Below the pieces are notes generated by a model, which worked only from the letters and a program-made list of their open reading frames with translations, had not been told where the DNA came from and searched no databases. A stretch of 64,000 nt of DNA from Octopus sinensis (lineage: Eukaryota): NCBI RefSeq assembly GCF_006345805.1, contig NW_021833302.1, positions 13,242-77,241 of the forward strand, in the 5' to 3' direction. A program made the position numbers and the translations under genes. Within the stretch, counting starts at the first letter, position 1. Every line of letters starts with the position of its first letter. This document shows positions 1-13,245 of the stretch, in pieces.

Positions 1-1686
1 AGCGTGTCTGCATACGCGGACGACGTCACCGTCATAGTGTCTAGCCACGAGCACATCGAGCTGGTCGGCGAGACACTGAAAAACTACGAAGCGGTGACAG
101 GAGCGAAAATCAACCGGGAAAAGTCAGTGGGCTTGCGACTAGGCACCTGGAGAAGCAAGCCCATGCCGTCCACCAGCGCCTCCGTCGTGGGACGCTGGAC
201 CGACGGCCCGGTTGAGTTGCTCGGGGTCTGGTTTGGTCCGGACCTCCAAGTGGAGAAGAACTGGAACGAGATAACGAGTAGGGTGGTCACTCTCGCCCGG
301 CAATGGGCCGAGAGGAAACTGTCCCTAAAAGGTCGAGCGGAGGTGGCGAACACGTACATCGCGTCCGTCATCTACTACCGCCTGACCGTCGTACCTTGTC
401 CCGACCCTACCATCACCAAACTACAACGCATCCTCTTTCGCTTCTTGTGGAAAGGATGCGTCCCGATGGTCAGGCGATCCATTTGCTGTCAACACCCGTT
501 AAAAGGAGGGCTGGGCATGCCGTGGTTGATGATGCGCAGACACGCGCTGAGACTGCGACATCTCTGGCTCTATGTAGACGACGGTGAACAGGTGTGGTCG
601 CCGTTTGTGAGGCACGCTTTCCCGCAGCTCGTCTCCATGACCGAACTGCAGTCGTGGATCAAAAAGAGGCCGAGGAAGGGCGAATGGCACCGCGAGTGTC
701 GCGTTGCTCTCAAGCAACTCTGCCGTCCTGGGTCGACCTTAAGTGACTTCAACACAACCAAAGCATTCTATAGGGGTTTAGTGGAGGGGAGGTACGACGA
801 CGAGCTCGGGGCGAACCTGGACGTCGACGAGGAGTACCTGACCCGCCTGTTCGGGACGACTTTCGGGCCAGGGCCCATGGACAACTTCCAGAGATCCCTG
901 GCCTGGCAGTGCTACCGAGAAGCGCTACCCGTTCGGGATAAGCTCTACAGACACGGCTCGAGAAACACGGGGCCGACCTGCCCGAGATGCGGTCAGAGCG
1001 ACGAAACCGTTCTGCACGCACTCGTTCAGTGTCCAACAATTTCCGACCTGTGGGCTTATGTCGAACAACTGCTGTCACGTGTGGGACGAGTCGGTTTATC
1101 AGCTGAGTCTATCGTCAATATTGTCACGCCTCCTTCCTTCAAACGGGAAGGAAGAGCTATTTTCATCATCCTTGTGGCTATGGCGAAAGAATGTATCTGG
1201 TGGACGCGTCTGAAAGGATTGGAGACAAACACTTTCCTCTCTGGTCAATCTCTCATCAACTTCTTCAAGTACCACTTGAAAAGGAAAGTGAGAGTAGAGA
1301 GGCAAGTTTTGTCTAGCGAATGTTTTAAAAAAAGATGGTGAATGTAGCAAGAATGGCACGTATGAATGACGAAGCCACCTTGAGCATAGTCCTATGAACC
1401 CAGAAATCGAAAACAGAGAGTTGCTTATTTGCAAAAAAAAAAAAAAAAAAAAAGAAATATAAATGTGACTTCATTGACCGAGGTTACCGTGGTCTTTTCC
1501 GCAGGCTTTTCTTTCCACGGGTAAACCTCACCTGTCCTCCCCTTTACACTTCATATTGACATTTCTGTGATAACGATCCCTATTGATCATTTTTTATTCC
1601 TCTCCCCCCCCTTTTTTTTTTTTTTTTACCCCCCCTTATTTTTGTCCTCTTTCTCTCCTTTTACGATCCCTTTTGATCGAAACTCC

Positions 1687-1725
<39 letters not shown>

Positions 1726-1807
1726 CCTTCAAAAGAAAAGCTCTACCTTGTAATTTGTTCTATCTGTGTGCAGCCCTGTGTGGCTAATAAAGAAACATAT
1801 CTATCTA
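1..1807 (+). mobile_element. Tx1/L1 LINE copy 1 (3' portion with 3' UTR)
   Basis: ORF2 end, about 450 bp 3' UTR with A and T tracts, AATAAA at 1786-1791, then a short CTATCTA before copy 2. Confidence 0.88.
4..1341 (+). CDS. C-terminal part of ORF2 (RT thumb + zf-RVT) of a Tx1/L1-clade non-LTR retrotransposon, truncated by the window edge
   Basis: 445 aa open frame starting at the YADD RT motif, followed by LSLKGRAEVANTYIASVIYYRL, GGLG and the zinc knuckle CPRCGQSDETVLHALVQC typical of L1/Tx1 ORF2. Confidence 0.92.
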   Translation: MSAYADDVTVIVSSHEHIELVGETLKNYEAVTGAKINREKSVGLRLGTWRSKPMPSTSASVVGRWTDGPVELLGVWFGPDLQVEKNWNEITSRVVTLARQWAERKLSLKGRAEVANTYIASVIYYRLTVVPCPDPTITKLQRILFRFLWKGCVPMVRRSICCQHPLKGGLGMPWLMMRRHALRLRHLWLYVDDGEQVWSPFVRHAFPQLVSMTELQSWIKKRPRKGEWHRECRVALKQLCRPGSTLSDFNTTKAFYRGLVEGRYDDELGANLDVDEEYLTRLFGTTFGPGPMDNFQRSLAWQCYREALPVRDKLYRHGSRNTGPTCPRCGQSDETVLHALVQCPTISDLWAYVEQLLSRVGRVGLSAESIVNIVTPPSFKREGRAIFIILVAMAKECIWWTRLKGLETNTFLSGQSLINFFKYHLKRKVRVERQVLSSECFKKRW

Positions 1808-3075
1808 CACCCGTTAAAAACATGAGGGCTGGGCATGCCGTGTTGTGATCGCAACCCGCTGAGACTGCGACATCTCTGGCTTCTATTGACGACGGTGAAC
1901 AGGTGTGGTCGCCTTTTGTGAGGCACGCTTTCCCGCAGCTCGTCTCCATGACCGAACTGCAGTCGTGGATCAAAAAGGCCGAAGAAGGGCGAATGGCACC
2001 GCGAGTGTCGCGTTGCTCTCAAGCAACTCTGCCGTCCTGGTCGACCTTGAGTGACTTCAACACAACCAAAGCATTATAGGGGGTTTAGTGGAGGGGAGGT
2101 ACGACGACGAGCTCGGGGCGAACCTGACGTCGACGGAGTACCTGACCCGCCTTTTCAGGACGACTTTCGGGCCAGGCCCATGGACAACTTCCAGAGATCC
2201 TGGCCTGGCAGTGCTACCGAGAAGCGCTACCCGTTCGGATAAGCTCTACAGACACGGCTCGAGAAACACGGGGCCGACCTGCCCGAGATGCGGTCAGAGC
2301 GACGAAACCGTTCTGCACGCACTCGTGTCAGTGTCCAACAATTTCCGACCTGTGGGCTGTGTCGAACAACTGCTGTCACGTGTGGGACGATTCGGTTTAT
2401 CAGCTGAGTCTATCGTCAATATGTCACGCCTCCCTCCTTCAACGGGAAGGAAGAGCTATTTTCATCATCCTTGTGGCTATGGCGAAAGTATGTATCTGGT
2501 GGACGCGTCTGAAAGGATTGGAGACAAACACTTTCCTCTCTGGTCAATCTCTCATCACTTCTTCAAGTACCACTTGAAAAGGAAAGTGAGTAGAGAGGCA
2601 AGTTTTGTCTAGCGAATGTTTTAAAAAAAGATGGGTGAATGTAGCAAGAATGGCACGTATGAATGACGAAGCCACCTTGAGCATGATCCTATGAACCCAG
2701 AAATGAAAACAGAGAGTTGCTTATTTGCAAAAAAAAAAAAAAAGAAATATAACATGTGACTCCATTGACCGAGGTTACCGTGGTCTTTTTCGTAGGCTTT
2801 TCTTTCCACGGGTAAACCTCACCTGTCCTCCCCTTTACACTTCATATTGACATTTCTGTGATAACGATCCCTATTGATCAATTTTTTTTTTTTTTTTTCC
2901 TTTCCCCCTTTTTTTTAACCCCCCTTTTTTGTCCTCTTTCTCTCCTTTTACGATCCCTTTTGATCGAAACTCCCCCTTCCTTTTTTTTTTTTTTAAACCT
3001 TCAAAAGAAAAGCTCTACCTTGTAATTTGTTCTATCTGTGTGCAGCCCTGTGTGGCTAATAAAGAAACATATCTA
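1808..3075 (+). mobile_element. Tx1/L1 LINE copy 2, 5'-truncated, frameshifted tandem duplicate of about 493-1800
   Basis: Starts CACCCGTTAAAA (equivalent to position 493) and is near-identical to copy 1 through AATAAAGAAACATAT, differing mainly by 1-2 nt indels. Confidence 0.88.
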
Positions 3076-3088
3076 TCCAGTTATCCAC

Positions 3089-3153
<65 letters not shown>

Positions 3154-3180
3154 CAGCTATCCACCTATCTATCTATCTAT

Positions 3181-3212
<32 letters not shown>

Positions 3213-3340
3213 CCAGCTATCCACCTATGTATCTATCTATCCATCCATCCATGTATCCATTTATCTATCCATCTATACAAACACGTACATAAATACACAA
3301 ACACATACACACATATATACTTATAGATAGTGAAAGATAG

Positions 3341-3430
<90 letters not shown>
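3070..3430. repeat. (CTAT)n tail array followed by (GATA)n and (GA)n microsatellites
   Basis: Direct inspection. Confidence 0.95.
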
Positions 3431-3433
<3 letters not shown>

Positions 3434-5257
3434 ACAGAGGAAGAGACGTGCCCGCATAGAATAAATTATGAACGCCAGAATATCGTACGAGCCGAGACTG
3501 GCCTTTCGTTCGATGCCCTTTGTTCGAAAGAGAAGGATGTGGAAATATTGCTATGTGGGAATATGTTCAGATCTGGAAGTTATGAAGTAACAATCACTTG
3601 AAGCATGAAAATATTGGAACATTTCCAAGAAATAAATTGCGTTATACCAGACATCGGTGCCACAAAAATTCTCTGAATTATAAACAAAGAACATAATATT
3701 TTTTATATAAATATATAAAATATATTTTGGTTTGCAGTGAAACTGCGTACAACTACTGCTAGAAATAACTTTTCACATCTCCCTCAAAATCATCTCCCCC
3801 TTTTTTCTTTTTAAAATAAAAGAAGTATAGCATAGTGTAGCCGTAAATACAAAACGCTTAAAAATAAGTTGGGGTGGTCATATCAAGAATGTTTTAGATC
3901 ATATGATTGCTTTATGATGGCGGATCTGTTGTTATAAGCAATAACAGTGCAATCAAACAGTGCAGCGAGGGTGACATGAACCAGAAGAGGAACATAATAT
4001 GAACCATAAAAATTAAAAACAAGATCAAATATAAGTGCCACAATAACGTCAACTATATCAGTAATATCAACATCTACCATCGAAACAACATCAGCCTAAG
4101 AACCAACAATACAGTCAACTATAATACCAACGAAATGACAAGTTTAGTGTACTAACAATGGATGTTATACGATAGAAAAAGACATTGCAAAAAATCAGAG
4201 GTTCCTAAGGGTGGTATTAACTACCGATGTATTTAAATATATATGAGCTTGCCGAATTAGAAGCTAGAAGTCGAAGGTGTTTGAAGAAAAGTTTGAATAA
4301 GCCACATGAGGAGAAATCTGTGAGTGAGTGAGTGAGTGAGTGAGTGTGGGTGTGAGCATGTGTGTGTGTGTGTGTAAAAGGTTCGTGTGCTGACATTTCG
4401 GAAGAAAAATGTTTGTCTTCATCCTTCGTTCCTGAGATCGTGGACCCAGTGGTGAATGATAGGACATGGCAGAAGGTGAGTATACTTAGGAGTATAAAGA
4501 AAATTGGTGGGATTGAATAGTTGCGACGGAGAGAGTTGAAGTATTCGGAAACGGATGAGATAGAAAGAGAATAAGATATTTTTGGTCATGTCACTGAAAT
4601 CGCTCTAGAGCTATATGGTCGATACACTGATACTTGCTTCGCCTACATCCCACTCACAAAAGCTTAATCACATACTTGCACATGTTTCATTCAATCCTAC
4701 AATTCCCTTCTTCTGCTTATCATACACAAATCACTGTCCACTAATATCCATGTAGTTTTTCTCAGCGGCCTAAAGGTACAGCATTCTGGTTCAACATACC
4801 GAATGCCATTTCCATTCGCCTGGTTAGTCTAACTTCTCTTGTCGAAAGAATCACATAACCGAAAGCAACAGCAACTTTCTGAGAAGGGAAAAAGCAATGC
4901 ATGGTATTCGTGCCTCAGAGTATTTTTCTCGTAAATCTAAAGGAACATTTCTTCTCTTCAAAACACCATTCAGCAGATTTTATACATATACATTATATAT
5001 ACAGTATATACAATGCTTCATTAAGAATGTATTTTATAAATATTTCTAATTCTAATTTCATGTCTATCATATTTTTAATACTGTTGAGAAAGGTGTAACT
5101 GTGTGTGGAGATGGGGGTTGTTTGTGAGCGCGCGATCAAACACAGAAAGATGCGAGATGTTAGCATAGCTTCTCTTGTAAGTGCGTATGTGTAATTACAT
5201 ATTTATGTGAGCGTGTTCCTAGGCAGTTACTATCTTCATGTGAGTGCATTATATATT

Positions 5258-5452
5258 CCTTTCTTTTACTTGCTTCAGTCATGTGACTGCGGTCATGCTG
5301 GTGCACCGCGTTAAAGGGTTTATTCTTTGTAAGCCTAGTACTTATTCTATCGTTCTCTTTTCCCAAACCACTAGGTTACATGGACAAACACACCAGCATC
5401 GGTTGTTAAGCGATGATGAGTGGGAACGTGGAGGGGGAAAACACAGACACGC

Positions 5453-5522
<70 letters not shown>

Positions 5523-6266
5523 TTATATATATGGTGTAATAAATAAAATATATGCATACATACAAACATATATGTACGTACCGACATCTACATGTATATA
5601 TACATGCATATATAAATATATATACGTACAGGACACCACAAGAAGACGTAAAAATCAACAGAAACGAAAACGGAAAAGCCATTTTGTTACAACGGAAGGA
5701 CAGAGACGTGGAACAAGACGAAACGAAAACGGGAAAAACAATTATGTACAGCAGAAAAACGAAGTACAGGACATGCTGCACAGGGAAAAATCCCCTTCAT
5801 CAGCTGTCGCTAGCAGACATAGCGTGTTTCGAAGGCAAGACAGGACACGTCTGGCCATGCTAGGCCTTCCTACGAGAGAATTAAAATAAAATAACCTCGT
5901 AGGAGGGTAAAACGAGCAAGAAAAAAATGTAACACAAAAAGGGACGTAACAAAGAACTGCACGAAAAAATACAAGAAAAAAAGAAAAAAATACAAAATTA
6001 AAGATACATGTACAAGAAAATACAAAACGAGAATTAAATTACAATACAAGAAATCAAAATAAACAAAGGAACAAACGAAAAAGACGAACGAAGGCCTTTG
6101 TTCTGGCGGGGACGAGAAGGTAACTGGCGAGCGCTGGGAAACATGACCTTAGGACCTGAATACAACAGGCGAAAGGATTAGCAGTGACGAAAGTGAGGAG
6201 GAGTGGGAGAGAGAGAGAGAGAGAGAGAGATAGAGGAAGACAAGCGGCTAGAGAGAAGGGTGAAGC

Positions 6267-6298
<32 letters not shown>

Positions 6299-6306
6299 GG
6301 GGAAGG

Positions 6307-6342
<36 letters not shown>

Positions 6343-6480
6343 CAGGCTTCTTTCAGTTTCCGTCTACCAAATCTACTCATAAGACTTTGGTCGGCCTGAG
6401 GCTAGAGTAGAAGACACTTGCCCAAGGTGCCAGGCAGTGATGGAGAAGCAAGCTTCTTACCACACAGTCACTCCTGCGCA
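5258..6480 (-). mobile_element. tRNA-derived SINE family A, split by an insertion in its internal (TA)n
   Basis: 3' half at about 5258-5450 and 5' half at about 6342-6480 both match intact copies at 9703-10135 and 57915-58340. Confidence 0.75.
5615..6310. mobile_element. Unclassified interspersed repeat, possibly a Penelope-like terminal fragment, flanked by (TA)n
   Basis: Begins TACAGGAC and carries CCTTCATCAGYTGTC, as does the segment at about 52110-52520; both flanks are TA microsatellite. Confidence 0.45.
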
Positions 6481-7244
6481 TATATATATATATATATAAA
6501 GGGAAAATTTACGAAAATAAAGAAAAGACGAAGACAGGTGGTGTACAAAACAAACAGATTTATTAGTATAGCGCTCAGGAATAGTAAAAGTATTTTACGT
6601 TTCGAGCCTACGCTCTTCTACAGAAAGGCTCACAGAGATAGATAGAGAGAGAGAGAGAGAGAGTGAGTGCGTATGAGTGAGAGTGAATATTGCTCACTCA
6701 TTGTGGTTAACAAGATCATATCTTAAACTACTAAACTGGCCATTTCTATCCTCTTTACTTCGCAAATTCACTTCTCTCTCCTTTACTACATCTCTCTCTC
6801 TCTCTCTCTCTCTCTCTCCAAACTTCCCTCTCAAGCATGCCCAAATATTAACTCATTTCCTGTAATTCGCTACTACAGTCGAACTCAAGATGAACAAAAA
6901 TATTTTCTTTCTCCCCTTCAAGAATTTGTTTCAAACGCCGGAAACTCTTTTCCCAACGAAATACGAACTTCAGAAATTTTAAAATTGACCATTAAATTTT
7001 GCTGACGCACACCACAGCATTCTCACTGTATCCTGGTACGCTGAACACACACAATCACGCGCGCACACACACACACACACACATATATATATACATATAT
7101 ACACAAACACAAATATATACATATATATATACACATATATACACACACACACATACACATACATATTTATACACACACATACTTATATATACACACACAT
7201 ACACACACACATATATATATATATACACACATACACATATATAT

Positions 7245-7560
7245 ATATATGCCCACACATACACATATATATGCCCACAAATACACATATATATGCCCAC
7301 GCATACACATGTATATGCCCACACATACACATGTATATGCCCACGCATACACATGTATATGCCCACACATACACATGTATATGCCCACACATACACATGT
7401 ATATGCCCACGCATACACATATATATGCCCACGCATACACATGTATATGCCCACACATACACATGTATATGCCCACGCATACACATATATATGCCCACAC
7501 ATACACATGTATATGCCCACACATACACATGTATATGCCCACACATACACATGCCCACAC
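7245..7560. repeat. 22-bp minisatellite (GTATATGCCCACRCATACACAT)n, about 14 copies
   Basis: Period-22 tandem visible directly, inside CA/TA low-complexity sequence. Confidence 0.9.
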
Positions 7561-9702
7561 ATACATATATAATAACACATACACATATATACCCACACAT
7601 ACACATATATATATATATGTATACACTCATACATATATGTACACACACACACATATATATATATACATATATATATACACACATACATACAAATACACAC
7701 ATACATATGTACATATGCATACACATATTTATTTACACACATACATATGTACATAATACACATGCACATATCTATATGTGTACACACATACACTTGTATG
7801 TTTGCATTCATGTATGTAAGCAAAGATAGAAAACAGGAGGAAGAGTGAGAGGAGTATGAAAAGAACAGATCACCTGCTGCTGCGCATTTCATCAGTGAAG
7901 TTACCATAGTGTTTATGGAAGCAATGTTGGCCGCTGTTCCCTCCCACCATTGTACACATACAGCTTAACTACTAAAATCCATAACCCGTCTACCATTAAA
8001 TGTCTTTTGCAGAGCTTCATTGCTAAACACAGAGCCAGAAAAATAAACAAATGGGCCGCTTATATCACCAGGAGGAAAACTACTCATTACACCAAAATGT
8101 TGGTAGACGTTTGTCTGCAACGTAACTCATGCAAGAAGACCAGACAATAAAATACACGGTTTCTTGCTGTTAGTCATTATTACTGTTGTGGTTGTTATTG
8201 TTGCTGTTCTTCGTATACGATTGATGTTTGTTTATTTCTTTGTTTCTTTGTGTGTGTGTGTGTGTATGTTTTCTTTTATTATTGTTGCTATTTTTATCTT
8301 GTTGTTGTTGTTCTACTTGGTGTTTTCTACTATATGTATTGCTATGGTTGTGGCTTTTGTTATCTTTTTATGAATTTCACTCTCGCTGTAGTTGCTGATG
8401 TTAAATTTGTTGAATGTACGTATACTTCATACTAATACATTTTGGCAGCTATGTTCATCTAATATCATGTGTTTTAGTTGCGTTTTATTGTTATTACTTA
8501 TGTTGTTTTCGTCAGTAAGTAAAGCTAGTATTAGAACTACTGACGATCATTTTCCCCTCCCTATGTGTATTTGTATATATGTATATAAGCATATGTTTCT
8601 ATACATAAACACACACAGCTACACACACATACATGTATGTATTCGTTTGCTAACAGAATTCGTATTCGCTATTTATTTATTGTTTTCGAATAATACATCC
8701 AAATTATATCTATGTACTCAGGAATTTGCCGTAAATTGTGGCTTACTTTTTTTTTTCATTTGTTTAATTTATATATATATATATTTGCTAACTGAAACAT
8801 TCATGAAACAATACGTACATAAATATTTGCTTTCACACACATTTTAAACATATACATATTTATTTACATGTATACATATATATATAGTATCTATATGTAA
8901 GCACTTATATATTCCTATATGTATATATTTACATGCATCCATACAAGTATACACACATATATTTACCTGTATACACATCTATGTACATGTGTACACACAC
9001 ACACACACTCACTCTCTAACACACATACACACACAATAAACATGCATACATTTATACATTCATACCTACTTTTATTCACATGCAAATACATACGTAATAT
9101 GTGCAAGAGGGAGACCAAATTAAAACTTTCTCTTTCATATATTCCTGCGTATTCCTTCGTTAAACATGTTTGACAAGAGATTTGATCTCGGTTTGTATGT
9201 CGAAACTAATACAGTTGTTTAGAGATATACTTACATTACACCAAATCAAATTATACACAAACAGGCACATCGTTTTGGTTTTATTACAGTGCTGTAATAA
9301 ATACGCAAAGTGCTGTAATAAATACGCTAGAGCAGACGACAGTTACAACATCGTGGAGTATTTGAATTAAATAAGCAACTGTCGTTTGAGTTCTGAGTTC
9401 AAATGCGGCAGAGGTAAGAAGTACCAATTGCAGAAGCAAAGAATTATAACATACCAGCCAAACAAACCGGAATAGTGGAAGGAAATAGTTTCTTCAACAA
9501 AGATCGTAGCCTTCAAATTGAAGTCGCTCTCATTCATAGAACGATTCGAGTCATTTTAGACATTCGTGAAAGAAATAGGCATTTTGTAGAAACTGAGAGA
9601 TAAAAAGACGATAACACGTTTATAGTGCACAAAATCTAGTAATTAAAAATAACTAGTCAAATTCTAGGAAATTATGAATCTAATACATACATTCTTTTAT
9701 TC

Positions 9703-9900
9703 TTTCATACGCTTCTGTCATTTGACTGCGACCATGCTGGAGTAGCGCATTTAGTTGAAGAACTCGACTCCAGGACTTATTCTTTGTAAGCCTAGTACTT
9801 ATTCTATTGGTCTCTTTTGGCGAACCACTAGTTTACGGGGACGTAAGCACACCGACTTCGGTGTCAAGCGATGGAGGGGGAACAGACACACACACATATA

Positions 9901-9977
<77 letters not shown>

Positions 9978-10135
9978 GGCTCTTTCAGTTTCCGTCTACC
10001 AAATCCACTTACAAGGCTTTGGTCGGCCCGAGGCTATAGAAGACACTTGCCCAAGGTACCACGCAGTGGGACTCAAGCCAAAAACCATGTGATTGGTAAG
10101 CAAGCAAGCTACTTATCACACAGCCACTCCAGTGC
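9703..10135 (-). mobile_element. tRNA-derived SINE family A, near full length
   Basis: Minus-strand A-box-like GGAGTGGCTGTGTGATAAG, CORE-like ACCTTGGGCAAGTGTCTT, internal (TA)n, degenerate family A tail hairpin. Confidence 0.85.
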
Positions 10136-10306
10136 CTATATATCCATACATATGTACACGTGCATACATACATCCATACAGTTGCATACGTTCATATATT
10201 TATATACGTACATACGCACACCTACACACACATTATATATATATATATGCCTGTGGGGGTATGTGTTTCTCAGGGGTACATATGTGTAGATGGTTGCGAA
10301 CACACT

Positions 10307-10342
<36 letters not shown>

Positions 10343-11334
10343 TAAATATGTAGAGAGAGAAAGAGATGCATACAATATATGTTTATGTATATAAATGTGT
10401 CTCTATATGAGTGTGTGCGCGCGTATGTGTGTGAATGCATGCATGGATTTATACACAGGAAGAGAGAGACACACACATTTTGCATTTGCTTGGCAAGTGA
10501 TTTGATCTAAGATCGTGCATTGAAACTGAAACAATTACATCATGAAAGAGTCACTCGCGTACATATAATGAAGCACAATACACAGACATACATTCTTGTC
10601 TGCCTGCTGAAGAAAACAAACATCAACATACGGCCGCCTGTGTCTTAGCCAACGTTACGCTTATGCGCATGAGCATTGGAACATTCGAATCTAAAGGGGA
10701 AAATCGCCATGTTTCTATGGATGTATGCTCGTATGTATGTCGAACATATATGCATGGTTGGCATATTCGCTACGTGAGTGTGTGCATGCGGATGTGTCTG
10801 CATGCCTGTGAACCGCATGTGTCCATGCGATGTGGTGGCAAGAGGATGGCGGGGCGTATATGGGTGTGTTTCAGTGCATGCATGCGTTTAGAAATATAAA
10901 GGAAATTGTGAATAACATGTACTTTAGGAGGAAGTAGGAGTGTAGTTGCCATGGTTTGCCTGCCTACCGAAGTCTAACGACTTGTAAAGCGGATGTACAC
11001 ACTTTCGCATTTGCTCAGATATATAGTCATATACGTAAGTAGGTACACAATACATATGACCATGTACGTTCATAAACGCATGTGTGTAGGTGTATGTGTA
11101 TATATATATATATATATATATGAATTAATACACTCATCTGTGTGCATATGTTTATACACACATATTTCACTATGTATATGTATATGCATGTGTGTATAAA
11201 CATGTACACATACACGTGTGTATATGCATGCATAAACATACGTATGTCAGTAACTGTATACACGTGTGTACGCACATATATACATGTACATGTGTGCTTG
11301 TACATGTATATACACATGTGTGTATGTACATGTA

Positions 11335-11600
11335 TGTACACACGTCAGCATGTACATTTATATACACGTGCGCATGTACATGTATATACAGACGTCAGCA
11401 TGTACATGTATATACACGTGTGCATGTACATGTATGTACAGACGTCAGCATGTACATGTATGTACAGACGTCAGCATGTACATGTATATACACGTGTGCA
11501 TGTACATTTATATACGCGTGTGCATGTACATGTATATACACGTGCGCATGTACATGTATATACACGTGTGCGTGTACATGTATACACACGTGCGCATGTA
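11335..11600. repeat. 24-26 bp minisatellite built of CATGTACATG / CACGTG / GACGTC units
   Basis: Tandem CAGACGTCAGCATGTACATGTATGTA and CACGTGTGCATGTACATGTATATA variants. Confidence 0.8.
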
Positions 11601-11739
11601 CATGCATATACACACGTGCATATATATATGTATATGCACATGTGTGCATGTACATGTAGACTTGTGTATGTATATGTGTGTGTATGTATATATATATATA
11701 CGTTTATATACATGTATATATGTTTAAATATATATGTGC

Positions 11740-11798
<59 letters not shown>

Positions 11799-12258
11799 CG
11801 CACATATATATTTAAACATATATACACACAGACACGCACACATATACAGCATGAGTCGAGGGAGTGAAAGGAGGAGAGAATGAGTGGAAAAGTTTTCACG
11901 GGTTCCTCTTGCATTACAAAAATAATGACAAATGCAGTCTTCCGTTATGAAGAAAGTAACATCATAATTACTGAATTGAAATTATACGCACAGTTTAAAG
12001 AAAAGCCTCTAACTTTAAGGAAGAGCAATGGCAAATGAGGAAACAATAACTGTTCAATTGTCTACATATAATTTATAAATGGAGAATTTGATCGTGAATA
12101 TAATCCATAGTGGCTGCGGCAACAACTGTGTTTCGGCCTTATTAAACCACATCAGCGGGCATTGTCTACTCACAGCTGTTGAGGTAGTATAACGACTAAT
12201 TAATAATATTCTTTGAAAAATTGTTCATTGATTTAGTCGTATTTGTAGCCATAATGCG

Positions 12259-12332
<74 letters not shown>

Positions 12333-13211
12333 ACATGCATATATATATAAGGCATGTATGCTTATATGTATGCATACACATGAGTGTGTATGTTTATGTG
12401 CATATATGTGTGTGTGCTTTTATATATATATATATGCATGTTAGTGTAAATATATATGTGCCCGTGCGTCTATATATTGATTAGGTGTTCTGTGTGTTTG
12501 TGTGTATGCATGTTCAGATATTTACTAACCCGCACACACAGACACAGTCATCATACTACGTACAAACGCAGAGAAATATAAAATTATCCAAGGTCAGACT
12601 GTCTTATAGTCTGTAGATATGTCTGTGAGCGCACGCATTTGTGAGAGCGTGCGTGTGTGCGCGCGCAGTTTCTTGTGCATTGCTGCATGTACGAGTATCT
12701 GTATAAAATAATATACTGGAGCAACGAAATCTACATTAACTGTGCTCACTCTCACAAATATTAAAATATACCTAGAAGTAGTTTTTTTTTCACTCTAATG
12801 AACAACTAAAAATGGCGTCTGGACATGATAGAAATAGCAATGAAATCTACCTTAAATTGCTTTCCTGTCGTTTTTATATACTGCAATCTTCGCATAATGC
12901 AATCCTCGATACACTATCTAGAAAAAAGACCAGATAGCATTGACTGGAATATATCCAAATAGGATTAACAGTTCTCTATGGAAGAGCAATAGTGAACTAC
13001 AAAGAAAATTCTGGAGATGAATTTTATTACAGACCATTAGTATCTGTCTGATTCTCCGTTTTATTCCTTAATTATTTTACTGTAATTGTACTTCATCAGG
13101 CAGTTAGATGAAGGTTAAGCTGGCCGTAACTTCGAATTCACAGACAGTACTGTATAAAAAGTATTGAATTATCATTCAGCTTAATGTAAAAGTGTTTTTA
13201 TAATAATTTTA

Positions 13212-13244
<33 letters not shown>

Positions 13245-13245
<1 letters not shown>

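Noticed and set aside
6999-7907. Long ORFs (up to 276 aa) rich in H/T/Y/I/C/V, and similar ones at 11.1-11.9, 24.6-25.8, 39-41, 43.3-45.7 and 53.4-53.9 kb
   Set aside because: Translations of CA/TA/GATA microsatellites that lack stop codons; no domain signal
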